Part shown: piece after piece, positions 1 through 8,586 of the stretch
Layout: every line of letters begins with the position of its first letter
Position numbering within the stretch: position 1 is the first letter of the stretch
Assembly (NCBI GenBank): GCA_963822965.1
Contig: CAWGJT010000010.1
Location: 576,001 to 640,000, forward strand
Source: an uncultured delta proteobacterium
GTDB lineage: Bacteria > Myxococcota_A > UBA9160 > UBA4427
Reading direction: 5' to 3'
Length of the DNA: 64,000 bases
Program-made: the position numbers and the translations under genes
Notes under the pieces: model-generated
What the model was told of the DNA's origin: nothing
Seen by the model: only the letters and a program-made list of their open reading frames with translations
Databases searched by the model: none

Positions 1-2
1 CC

Positions 3-902
3 GCGGGCTTCGTCGACAGCGTCGTCGACGGCGAAGCGGGAGCCGCGCTGGCGGTGCGCGACGCCGATCTCGTGGTCCTGGCGACGCCCGTCAGCAGCAT
101 GGCCGCGGTGCTGGAGGCGGCGGCGCCGGGCCTCGCCCGAGGCGTGCTGGTGACCGACGTGGGCAGCGTGAAGGCGCCGCTGGCCGAACGGCTGCCCGGC
201 CTGCTCCCCGCCGGTGCGGTCTACGTGGGCTCCCATCCCATGGCGGGCAGCCACGAGACGGGGGTGGAGCACGCGAGGGCCGACCTGCTGGAGGACGCCT
301 GCTGCGTGGTGACTCCGCCCGCGGGCGTGGATCCCGTGCGGGTCGAGCGCCTGACGGCGTTCTGGCGCGCCCTGGGCGGCACCGTGGTTTCACGGGAGCC
401 CGCGGTGCACGACGCCGAGGTGGCGTGGGTGAGTCACCTTCCCCACGTGCTTGCCTTCGCATACGCCCGCGCCCTGGCCGCTGCGCCCCCCTCGGCGGGC
501 GAGCTGGCGGGCTCGGGGTTTCGTGACTTCGTCCGCATTGCCCGCAGCGACTCCGAGCTGTGGGGCGACATCCTGGGCCTCAACCGCAAGGCCCTGGCGG
601 GCCCTCTGCGTGCGTTCTCCGAGGCGCTGGAGGAGCTGGCCCGGGCGATCGAGGCAGGGGACGAGAGCGCGATCGCGGCCCGCGACGACCTCCTGGCCGC
701 CGCCTCCCGCCGCCTCGATTCGATTTCACCTGCAAATTCGCTGGCATCCGATCCCGTGTCGGCGCAAACTGGGGCCCGCCCCACGCCGGCCGCGCGGCCC
801 GGCCCGAACGACACTGACTGCGCCCGATCCGGGGGCGAAAACCCGGAAATCCAGGCTGCCCCCAGAGCGGCGGCCACCAGGAGCATCAACCGAAACTCAT
901 GA
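3..902 (+). CDS. tyrA: Prephenate/arogenate dehydrogenase, 5'-truncated by the window edge
   Basis: Motifs ADLVVLATPV, VTDVGSVK, GSHPMAGS, HDxxVAWVSHLPH and GFRDFxRIA. The frame is open from position 3. The stop overlaps the rpsA ATG (ATGA). Confidence 0.9.
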   Translation, partial: AGFVDSVVDGEAGAALAVRDADLVVLATPVSSMAAVLEAAAPGLARGVLVTDVGSVKAPLAERLPGLLPAGAVYVGSHPMAGSHETGVEHARADLLEDACCVVTPPAGVDPVRVERLTAFWRALGGTVVSREPAVHDAEVAWVSHLPHVLAFAYARALAAAPPSAGELAGSGFRDFVRIARSDSELWGDILGLNRKALAGPLRAFSEALEELARAIEAGDESAIAARDDLLAAASRRLDSISPANSLASDPVSAQTGARPTPAARPGPNDTDCARSGGENPEIQAAPRAAATRSINRNS

Positions 903-2653
903 GCGAAACCACTCACACCGAAGCGAGCACCGAAGCAGGCAACCAAGCGAGCAAGGCGAGCGGTCACCACGAGGAATCCTTCGCGGAGCTGTTCAGCAAG
1001 GGCCCGTCGTCCATCAAGGAGGGCGAGGTCAGCCGAGGCGTCGTCCTCTCCATCGACGACGAGTTCGTCCAGGTCGACATCGGCTTCAAGTCCGAGGGCC
1101 TCGTCCCGGCCTGGGAGTTCATGACCGAGGACGGCGAGATGACCGTCAAGGTCGGGGACACCGTGGACGTCCTCGTCGAGGTCGCCGAGGACCAGGACGG
1201 CCGCGTGGTCCTGTCCAAGGAGAAGGCCGAGCGCCTGAAGATCTGGGACGAGATCAGCAACGCCTACGAGAACGACGAGGCCGTCGAGGGCACCATCATC
1301 TCGCGGGTGAAGGGCGGTCTCTCCGTCGACATCGGCGTGAAGGCCTTCCTGCCGGGATCCCAGGTGGACCTGCGGCCGGTGCGCAATCTCGAGGCCCTGA
1401 TCGGCGAGAAGGCGAACTTCAAGATCATCAAGTTCAACAAGCGCCGGGGCAACATCGTGCTCTCGCGGCGCGCCCTGCTCGAGACCGAGCGCCGGCGCCT
1501 GCGCGAGTCCACGCTGGAGAACCTGCAGACGGGGCAGATCGTCGACGGCGTGATCAAGAACCTCACCGACTACGGTGCGTTCATCGATCTCGGCGGCATC
1601 GACGGCCTGCTGCACATCACCGACATGTCGTGGGGTCGGATCAACCACCCGAGCGAGCTGTTCCAGGTGGGCGACGAGATCAAGGTGAAGGTGCTCAAGT
1701 TCGACCAGGACTCCGAGCGCGTCTCCCTCGGCCTCAAGCAGATCCAGCCCGACCCGTGGGTCGACGCGGCCATGCGCTACCCGATCGGGCAGCGGCTGAA
1801 CGGCAAGGTGGTCTCGCTCACGGACTACGGCGCGTTCATCGAGCTGGAGCCCGGCATCGAGGGGCTGGTGCACGTCTCCGAGATGTCCTGGACGAAGCGC
1901 ATCAAGCACCCGTCCAAGGTGGTCTCGGTGGGCGACACCGTGGAGGCGGTGGTGCTCGACGTGGACGAGCGCGCCCGGAAGATCTCGCTGGGCATGAAGC
2001 AGATCGAGGAGAACCCCTGGACGGTCATCGAGGAGCAGTACCCGGTGAACTCGGTCGTCGAGGGGACGGTCCGCAACATCACGAACTTCGGCGTCTTCAT
2101 CGGTCTCGAGGAAGGCATCGACGGGCTCGTGCACGTCTCGGACATCTCGTGGACGGAGCAGATCAAGCACCCGAGCGAGAAGTTCCAGAAGGGCGACGTC
2201 GTCAAGGCGATCGTGCTGAAGATCGACAAGGAGAACGAGAAGTTCTCCCTGGGCATCAAGCAGCTCGAGCCCAATCCCTGGGACGACATCCAGAAGAAGT
2301 ACGCGATCGGCACGGAGATCAGCGGGCCGATCACGAGCGTCACGGACTTCGGCGTCTTCGTCCGCCTCGAAGAGGGGATCGAGGGCCTGGTCTACAGCTC
2401 CGAGCTGGCCAAGGAGCGGGTCGAGAAGCCCTCGGACCGCTTCGAGGCCGGGCAGGAGGTGACGGCCCTCGTCACGAAGGTGGAGCCCTCGGAGCAGAAG
2501 ATCTCCCTCTCCATCCGCGCCGTGGACGACAAGGCGGAGCGGGCGGCGCTCAAGGAGCTCGCTGCGAAGCAGTCGACCAGTCAGACCACGACCCTCGGCG
2601 ATCTCCTCAAGGAGAAGCTCGCCGCGAAGGGCGAGGAGGATCAGGCCGAATGA
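899..2653 (+). CDS. rpsA: 30S ribosomal protein S1
   Basis: Six S1 repeats (AFLPGSQVD, DYGAFIDLGGIDGLLHITDMSW, GIEGLVHVSEMSW, ISLGMKQ) and strong codon bias. Confidence 0.99.
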   Translation: MSETTHTEASTEAGNQASKASGHHEESFAELFSKGPSSIKEGEVSRGVVLSIDDEFVQVDIGFKSEGLVPAWEFMTEDGEMTVKVGDTVDVLVEVAEDQDGRVVLSKEKAERLKIWDEISNAYENDEAVEGTIISRVKGGLSVDIGVKAFLPGSQVDLRPVRNLEALIGEKANFKIIKFNKRRGNIVLSRRALLETERRRLRESTLENLQTGQIVDGVIKNLTDYGAFIDLGGIDGLLHITDMSWGRINHPSELFQVGDEIKVKVLKFDQDSERVSLGLKQIQPDPWVDAAMRYPIGQRLNGKVVSLTDYGAFIELEPGIEGLVHVSEMSWTKRIKHPSKVVSVGDTVEAVVLDVDERARKISLGMKQIEENPWTVIEEQYPVNSVVEGTVRNITNFGVFIGLEEGIDGLVHVSDISWTEQIKHPSEKFQKGDVVKAIVLKIDKENEKFSLGIKQLEPNPWDDIQKKYAIGTEISGPITSVTDFGVFVRLEEGIEGLVYSSELAKERVEKPSDRFEAGQEVTALVTKVEPSEQKISLSIRAVDDKAERAALKELAAKQSTSQTTTLGDLLKEKLAAKGEEDQAE

Positions 2654-2997
2654 CGAAGAGCGGGCTCATCGAGGACGTCGCGCGCCGGACGCCGCACATC
2701 TCCAAGAAGGATACGGAGGTCGTGGTCAACACGATCTTCGACTCGATGATCGAGGCCCTCAAGGAGGGCGACCGCATCGAGATCCGCGGCTTCGGGAGCT
2801 TCCAGGTCAAGGTGCGGGAAGCTCGCGAAGGTCGGAATCCGAAGACCGGTGAGCCCGTGCACATCTCCGCGAAGCGGACACCGTTCTTCAAGGTCGGCAA
2901 GGAGCTCAAGGAGATGGTGGACCGCTCGCCGGATCCGACTTCGGGCAAGGACGTGGACGACGACGAGGCGGACGAGCAGGAGACGGTGTCGGCATGA
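2650..2997 (+). CDS. ihfB: Integration host factor subunit beta
   Basis: MTKSGLIE...RIEIRGFGSF...GRNPKTGE...PFFKVGKELKE. ATGA overlap with rpsA and classic rpsA-ihfB synteny. Acidic C-terminal tail. Confidence 0.95.
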   Translation: MTKSGLIEDVARRTPHISKKDTEVVVNTIFDSMIEALKEGDRIEIRGFGSFQVKVREAREGRNPKTGEPVHISAKRTPFFKVGKELKEMVDRSPDPTSGKDVDDDEADEQETVSA

Positions 2998-3138
2998 GTC
3001 GCCGGACGGCTCGGGCTCGAGCGGGGTGAGCGACCGCTGAGCCGAGGACGGGCATCCGCCCGGGCCCCGGGTCCGGAAGGCGGTGGGTCGGTACGAGAGG
3101 GGGGCTCGGGAGGGGATCCTTCCGCCCGCGGAGGGGCT

Positions 3139-3537
3139 GTGGCGAGGAACGGGAGCGGCCGGAGCATCGTCTGGATTCGCCGGCTGGTGCCCATGGGCGT
3201 GGGCGCCGGGCTCCTGTACCTCGCCTGGCGCCTCGTCACCGCGAACGGCGACGAGGTGACGGTCGACTTCCTCGTGGGTCGCGTGGGTCTCCCCCTGTGG
3301 CAGGCGCTCGGCACCGCGTTCCTGTTGGGGGCGGTGGGCGTCGGGGTCTACACCCTCTACGCGTCGACCCGCAGCCGTCTCCTCCTGCGGCGCTATCGAA
3401 AGCAGCTGCGCAATCTGGAGGCCGAGGTGCACCAGCTCCGGAACCTTCCGCTGGCGCCCGCCGAGGACGGGGGAGCCGCGGACGAGGTCGACGTCGGGGC
3501 CCGGTCGCCGGAACGCATTCGCGGGACGGGTTCCTAG
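3139..3537 (+). CDS. lapA: LapA family (lipopolysaccharide assembly protein A) membrane protein
   Basis: Two TM segments flanking NxxxVxVDF, then a basic coiled coil ending LRNLPL. Lies between ihfB and a lapB-like gene. The start could be ATG 3193. Confidence 0.75.
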   Translation: MARNGSGRSIVWIRRLVPMGVGAGLLYLAWRLVTANGDEVTVDFLVGRVGLPLWQALGTAFLLGAVGVGVYTLYASTRSRLLLRRYRKQLRNLEAEVHQLRNLPLAPAEDGGAADEVDVGARSPERIRGTGS

Positions 3538-3539
3538 GC

Positions 3540-4628
3540 ATGGCCTCGGCGCGACGCTGGCTCGGCTTCTCCGGGAAACGCCGCGGTCGGGCGGCGTCGC
3601 AGGACCGCGAGCTGGCGACGACGTTCCGGCGGGCCCTGCTGGCGGTGCTCGAGGGCGATACCGACCGCGCCGAAGCGCTCATCAGCGAGGCCGTGCGCGT
3701 GGACTCGGAGGACGTGGAGCCGTACCGGTCCCTGGCGCGCCTCTACCGCCAGCGCGGCGAGGTGGGGCGCGCCATCCGCATCCACCAGAACCTGCTCCTG
3801 CGCCGGGATCTCGAGCCCGCGGACCGCAACGCGGTGCTCGCCGAGCTGGCTGCCGACTTCCGGCAGGGTGGCTTCCTCAAGCGAGCGATCGCTTCGTACC
3901 AGGAGGTGCTCGCCCACGAGCCGCGCAACCGGGACGCCCTCGCGGCGCTCACCGAGCTGCTCGGCGAGGCGCGCGACCACGCCGGGGCGCTGGCGGCCGC
4001 GCGGCGCCTGGAACGCGTGACGCGCCAGCGGGACCCGGCGCGGGAGTCGCGGCTCTGGCTGCGGCTGGCGGAGGCGGAGCACGCGGAGGGCCGGCACGAC
4101 GCGGCCCGCAAGGCGGTGAAGCGGGCGCTGCGGCGGGACGGGGAGAACGCGGACGCGCGCATCCTGCTGGGAACCCTCGAGGCCGAGCGCGGCAAGAACA
4201 AGGCGGCGCTGGCGGCCTGGCGCGAGGTCGCGTCCCGGGGCGGCCCCCGCGCCGCGGACGTCTACCCGCGCATCCGGGCGGGCTTCGGGGCGCTCGGGCG
4301 CGCGCGGGACTACGAGACCTTCCTGCGCGGCCTGCTCGCGGATCGTCCCGACGACGCGGCCGCACGCATCGCCCTGGCCCAGGCGCTCGCCGTCCGGGGA
4401 GAGGTCGACCCGGCCGTCCTCGAGCTGCGACGCGTGCTCGACAACCGGCCGCAGCACGACGAGGCGCGCGTCGCCCTGGGGCGCCTGCTGCTCGAGGTCG
4501 GCCGCGACGCCGACGCCCTCAAGGCCTACGGCGAGCTGCTCGAGCAGCTCGCGGGCCGACGCGCGGCGGCAGACGCCCCGGCGCCGCTCGCCGCCCTCGA
4601 CCCGGACGCGGAAGGGCCTACCGGGTGA
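3540..4628 (+). CDS. lapB: LapB-like tetratricopeptide repeat protein
   Basis: LARLYRQRGEVGRAIRIHQNLL and LAADFRQGGFLKRA match LapB TPRs, and the synteny fits. No evident N-terminal TM or C-terminal rubredoxin domain. Confidence 0.7.
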   Translation: MASARRWLGFSGKRRGRAASQDRELATTFRRALLAVLEGDTDRAEALISEAVRVDSEDVEPYRSLARLYRQRGEVGRAIRIHQNLLLRRDLEPADRNAVLAELAADFRQGGFLKRAIASYQEVLAHEPRNRDALAALTELLGEARDHAGALAAARRLERVTRQRDPARESRLWLRLAEAEHAEGRHDAARKAVKRALRRDGENADARILLGTLEAERGKNKAALAAWREVASRGGPRAADVYPRIRAGFGALGRARDYETFLRGLLADRPDDAAARIALAQALAVRGEVDPAVLELRRVLDNRPQHDEARVALGRLLLEVGRDADALKAYGELLEQLAGRRAAADAPAPLAALDPDAEGPTG

Positions 4629-7375
4629 GCACTTCCGCCCGCGACACACCGATGATGCGCCACTTCCTGCAGGTGAAGGCGCAGCACCCCGACGCCATCG
4701 TCCTGTACCGGATGGGCGACTTCTACGAGCTCTTCCTGGACGACGCCGAGCAGGCCGCCCCGCTCCTCGACCTGACCCTCACCACCCGGGACAAGGGCAA
4801 GCCGGACGCCGTGCCCATGTGCGGCTTCCCGGTGCACAGCGCCGACGGCTACATCAAGCGCCTCGCGGAGCTCGGCCATCGGGTGGCCGTCTGCGAGCAG
4901 GTGGAGGATCCGCGGAGCGCGGGCGGCAAGCGCCTCGTGAAGCGCGAGGTGGTCGAGGTGGTGACGCCCGGACTGGTGGGCGACCCGGAAGGCCTCGACG
5001 GCACGCGCGAGGTGGCGCTGGTCGCGATCTCGCCGCCGCACCGGGGGGAGATCGGCATCGCTGCCCTCGACGCGACCACCGGCGACTTCCGGGCGACGCG
5101 CGTGCGCGCTCCCGAGGAGTCCGGTGCGCCCTGGCCGGCGCTCGTCTGGGAGGAGCTCGAACGCATCGCGCCGCGCGAGGTGCTGCTGGACGCGGAGGCG
5201 GACGAGAGCCTGGTGAAGCGTCTCGCGGACCTGCTGCCCGGCCTCTCGGTCGAGCGGCTGGACGCCGGCCGCTTCGAGCCCGCCGACGCTCCCGTCCAGC
5301 CGGACGGCTTCGCGCCCCCCAGCGATGGCGCAGACGCCCGGGCGGCGGCGGCGCTGCTCTCGTATCTGGTGGAGAACCAGCCCTTCGCGTTGGCTCAGCT
5401 GCCCCGGCTGCGCCGCTACGAGCTCGGCGAGACCATGGTGCTCGACGCCGCGACGCGCGCCCATCTCGAGCTCTTCGAGAACGGCGTCGACCGTTCGCGA
5501 CGCGGCACGCTGGTCGAGCAGATCGACGCCACCACCACCGCGCTCGGCGCCCGCCGGATCGCGCGCTGGCTCGGCTACCCGCTGCTCGACCCGGAGGCGA
5601 TCCGGGTGCGCCAGGACGCGGTGGCCCATCTGGCCGACCGGGACCGGCTGCGAGCGCGCCTGCGCGAGAGCCTTCGCGCGGTGCGCGATCTCGAGCGCCT
5701 GCTCGCGAAGGCGATGCGGCCGGGCGCCGTGCCCCGGGATCTCGGCACCCTGCGCGCCTCGTTGCAGGCCCTGCCCGGGCTGGCACAGGTGCTGGCGGCC
5801 GGCGCGGAGGATCCGGACGGTGCGTTGCTCGGCGAGGAGACGGGCACCCGCGGCGCGCGTCCGTCCGCCCTGGAGCCTCCGCAGCCCCTGCCGGAGCTGC
5901 AGCAGCTCCTCGAGGACGGTCTCATCGACGATCCGCCGGTGGTGGCGCGCGGCTCACGCGGCGCGAACGAGACGGGCTACATCCGCGCGGGCTTCCGGGC
6001 CGAGCTCGACGCCCTCCGGGAGAGCGCCGGCAAGGGGCGCGAGTGGATCGCGGGCCTGGAAGCCGAAGAGCGCGCGCGAACGGGCATTCCGAGCCTGAAG
6101 GTCCGCTATCACCCGGTGCACGGATACTCGCTCGAGGTGACGAAGTCGCAGCTCGAGCGCGTGCCCGAGCGCTACGAGCGAAAGCAGACCCTCGCGAACG
6201 TCGAGCGCTTCACCACCGAGGAGCTGTCGGAGATGCAGGGCCGGGTGATCGGCGCGAACGAGCGCGCCGCCGAGCTCGAGCGCGAGATCTTCGAGTCGCT
6301 GCGGCAAGAGGTGGTGGGCGCGGCCGCCCGCGTTCGGGCCGCCGCCGAGCGGGTGGCCGAGATCGACGCGCTGGCGTCTCTGGCCGAGGTGGCGCGCCGG
6401 CGGCGCTGGGTGCGACCGCGGGTGGACACGGGCGAGACGCTCGACATCCGCGCGGGACGGCACCCCGTGGTGGAGGACGTGCTCGCTCGAGCGTCTGCCG
6501 ACGCCTTCGTGCCGAACGACACGGCCCTCGACCCGTCCGGATCCCAGATCCTGCTGCTGACGGGTCCCAACATGTCCGGCAAGAGCACCTACCTGCGGCA
6601 GGTGGCGCTCATCGCCCTGCTCGCGCAGACCGGCAGCTTCGTGCCGGCGGATTCCGCCCGCGTGGGCGTCGTCGACCGCATCTTCACCCGGGTCGGCGCC
6701 TCCGACCGACTCGCCCGGGGCGAATCCACCTTCATGGTCGAGATGCGGGAAACCGCGGAGATTCTCGCCCAGGCCTCCCGGCGCAGTCTGATCATCCTCG
6801 ACGAGATCGGGCGCGGCACCAGCACCTTCGACGGGCTGTCCATCGCCTGGGCGGTGGCCGAGTACCTGCACGACACGCCCGGTCTCGGCGCCCGCACCCT
6901 GTTCGCCACCCACTACCACGAGCTGACCGACCTCGCGCGCACGAAGGAGCGCGTGCGCAACGCGCACTTCGAGGCGCGCGAGTGGAAGGACGAGGTGGTC
7001 TTCCTGCGGCGGCTGGTCTCGGGCGGCGCGAGCCGCTCCTACGGCATCCAGGTGGCCCGTCTGGCCGGGCTGCCCCAGGTCGTGATCGAGCGCGCCCGGC
7101 AGATCCTCCACAACCTCGAGGAGAGCGAGCTCACCCGGGAAGGGCTCCCCCGCCTGGCGGGCGTCGATCTCGCGGATACGGGCGGCGGGCAGCTCTCCCT
7201 GGGCCTGCTGGACGGGTCCGCGGAGGCGGCGGTCGCCGCGCTTCCCGAGGAGCGCGAGGTGCTGTCGGCCCTGCGGGCCTTCGACGCCGAGCGCACCGCG
7301 CCCATCGACGCATTGCTGCTGCTTCGGGATCTCGCCGCGCGGGTGCGGGCGGCGGGCGGGGAAGGGGACGAGTGA
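4625..7375 (+). CDS. mutS: DNA mismatch repair protein MutS
   Basis: TPMMxxF, YRMGDFYELF, Walker A TGPNMSGKSTYLRQ, STFMVEM, DEIGRGTST and SYGIQVA. Confidence 0.98.
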   Translation: MSTSARDTPMMRHFLQVKAQHPDAIVLYRMGDFYELFLDDAEQAAPLLDLTLTTRDKGKPDAVPMCGFPVHSADGYIKRLAELGHRVAVCEQVEDPRSAGGKRLVKREVVEVVTPGLVGDPEGLDGTREVALVAISPPHRGEIGIAALDATTGDFRATRVRAPEESGAPWPALVWEELERIAPREVLLDAEADESLVKRLADLLPGLSVERLDAGRFEPADAPVQPDGFAPPSDGADARAAAALLSYLVENQPFALAQLPRLRRYELGETMVLDAATRAHLELFENGVDRSRRGTLVEQIDATTTALGARRIARWLGYPLLDPEAIRVRQDAVAHLADRDRLRARLRESLRAVRDLERLLAKAMRPGAVPRDLGTLRASLQALPGLAQVLAAGAEDPDGALLGEETGTRGARPSALEPPQPLPELQQLLEDGLIDDPPVVARGSRGANETGYIRAGFRAELDALRESAGKGREWIAGLEAEERARTGIPSLKVRYHPVHGYSLEVTKSQLERVPERYERKQTLANVERFTTEELSEMQGRVIGANERAAELEREIFESLRQEVVGAAARVRAAAERVAEIDALASLAEVARRRRWVRPRVDTGETLDIRAGRHPVVEDVLARASADAFVPNDTALDPSGSQILLLTGPNMSGKSTYLRQVALIALLAQTGSFVPADSARVGVVDRIFTRVGASDRLARGESTFMVEMRETAEILAQASRRSLIILDEIGRGTSTFDGLSIAWAVAEYLHDTPGLGARTLFATHYHELTDLARTKERVRNAHFEAREWKDEVVFLRRLVSGGASRSYGIQVARLAGLPQVVIERARQILHNLEESELTREGLPRLAGVDLADTGGGQLSLGLLDGSAEAAVAALPEEREVLSALRAFDAERTAPIDALLLLRDLAARVRAAGGEGDE

Positions 7376-8586
7376 GGACGCGACCCGCCGCCACCGTCCC
7401 GGCGCTGCTGCTCGTCGGCCTGCTGCCGTTGCTCGTGGGCGTCGACCGGCCGAAGGGGCTGGGCGACGTCGCGGACGTGCGGACCTGGTCCCACCCCGAC
7501 TACACGCGCGTGGTGGTGGAGCTCTCCCGGGGCGTCGACGCTCAGGTGGTGCGGCTGCCCGCGGACCCGCGGAGCCACCGTCCCGACCGGCTCTACGTCG
7601 ATCTCGAGGGCATCTGGGTCGGACGTCGCTACGCCGACGGCATCCCGGTGGGAGACGGCCTGCTGCGGCGGCTCCGGCTCGGACAGAACACGCTCACCCG
7701 ATCGCGCCTGGTGATCGACCTCGAGCGCTACGAGCGGCATCGCCTGCTGGTGCTGCAGTCGCCGGATCGGGTGGTGGTGGACGTCTACGGGTCGCGCGCC
7801 CATCCCGAGACCCTTTCGTGGCCGCGGCCCGAGGGCGTGCGCGATCCGGATTCCGTGCGCCTGCCCGCGAACCTGCGGCCGGTGCAGACGGTCGTGGTCG
7901 ACGCCGGCCACGGCGGCAAGGACCCCGGCGCGACCGGGCTCGGGGGCATTCGCGAGAAGGACGTGAACCTGCGGCTCTCGAAGCTGCTCGCCGCCGATCT
8001 GCGCCGGCAGGGCTTCGACGTCGTCCTGACCCGCGAGGACGACCGCTATCTCGATCTGGAGCAACGCACCGTCATCGCGGAGACGGCCCACGCGGACCTG
8101 TTCATCTCGATCCACGCGAACGCCTCGCGCCGCAAGGCCGCCAAGGGCATCGAGATCTACTACCTCGACGAGAACCACGAGCGGCACGCCCTCGACGTCG
8201 CGTCGCGGGAGAACGGCGTGCCCCGTTCCCAGATGGATTCGCTCCAGCGCACCCTCGCGAAGCTGCGCGTCCAGGAGCTCTCGACGGACTCCCACCGCCT
8301 CGCGGGCGCCGTCCACAGGGAGCTGCTCACCGGGCTCGGCAAGCAGTACCACGGGGTCGGCGATCTCGGGGTCAAGAAGGGGCCGTTCTACGTGCTCTTC
8401 CTCTCCAGCATCCCCTCGATCCTGGTCGAGTCCGGCTTCGTCACGAACCCCCACGATGTCTCGCTGCTGCGCAAGTCGAACTATCTCGAGGAGACGGCGC
8501 GACACATCGCCAACGGCGTGAACCGCTACCGCGACGGCACCATGAACCTCGCCGGGCGCGAACCGGGAAGCGAAGCGACCCGGTGA
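7372..8586 (+). CDS. N-acetylmuramoyl-L-alanine amidase (AMIN + Amidase_3), AmiC-like
   Basis: GTG overlapping the mutS stop and a signal peptide. YTRVVVEL/PDRLYVDL AMIN repeats, then VVVDAGHGGKDPGA, FISIHANA and PSILVESGF. Confidence 0.93.
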   Translation: MRTRPAATVPALLLVGLLPLLVGVDRPKGLGDVADVRTWSHPDYTRVVVELSRGVDAQVVRLPADPRSHRPDRLYVDLEGIWVGRRYADGIPVGDGLLRRLRLGQNTLTRSRLVIDLERYERHRLLVLQSPDRVVVDVYGSRAHPETLSWPRPEGVRDPDSVRLPANLRPVQTVVVDAGHGGKDPGATGLGGIREKDVNLRLSKLLAADLRRQGFDVVLTREDDRYLDLEQRTVIAETAHADLFISIHANASRRKAAKGIEIYYLDENHERHALDVASRENGVPRSQMDSLQRTLAKLRVQELSTDSHRLAGAVHRELLTGLGKQYHGVGDLGVKKGPFYVLFLSSIPSILVESGFVTNPHDVSLLRKSNYLEETARHIANGVNRYRDGTMNLAGREPGSEATR

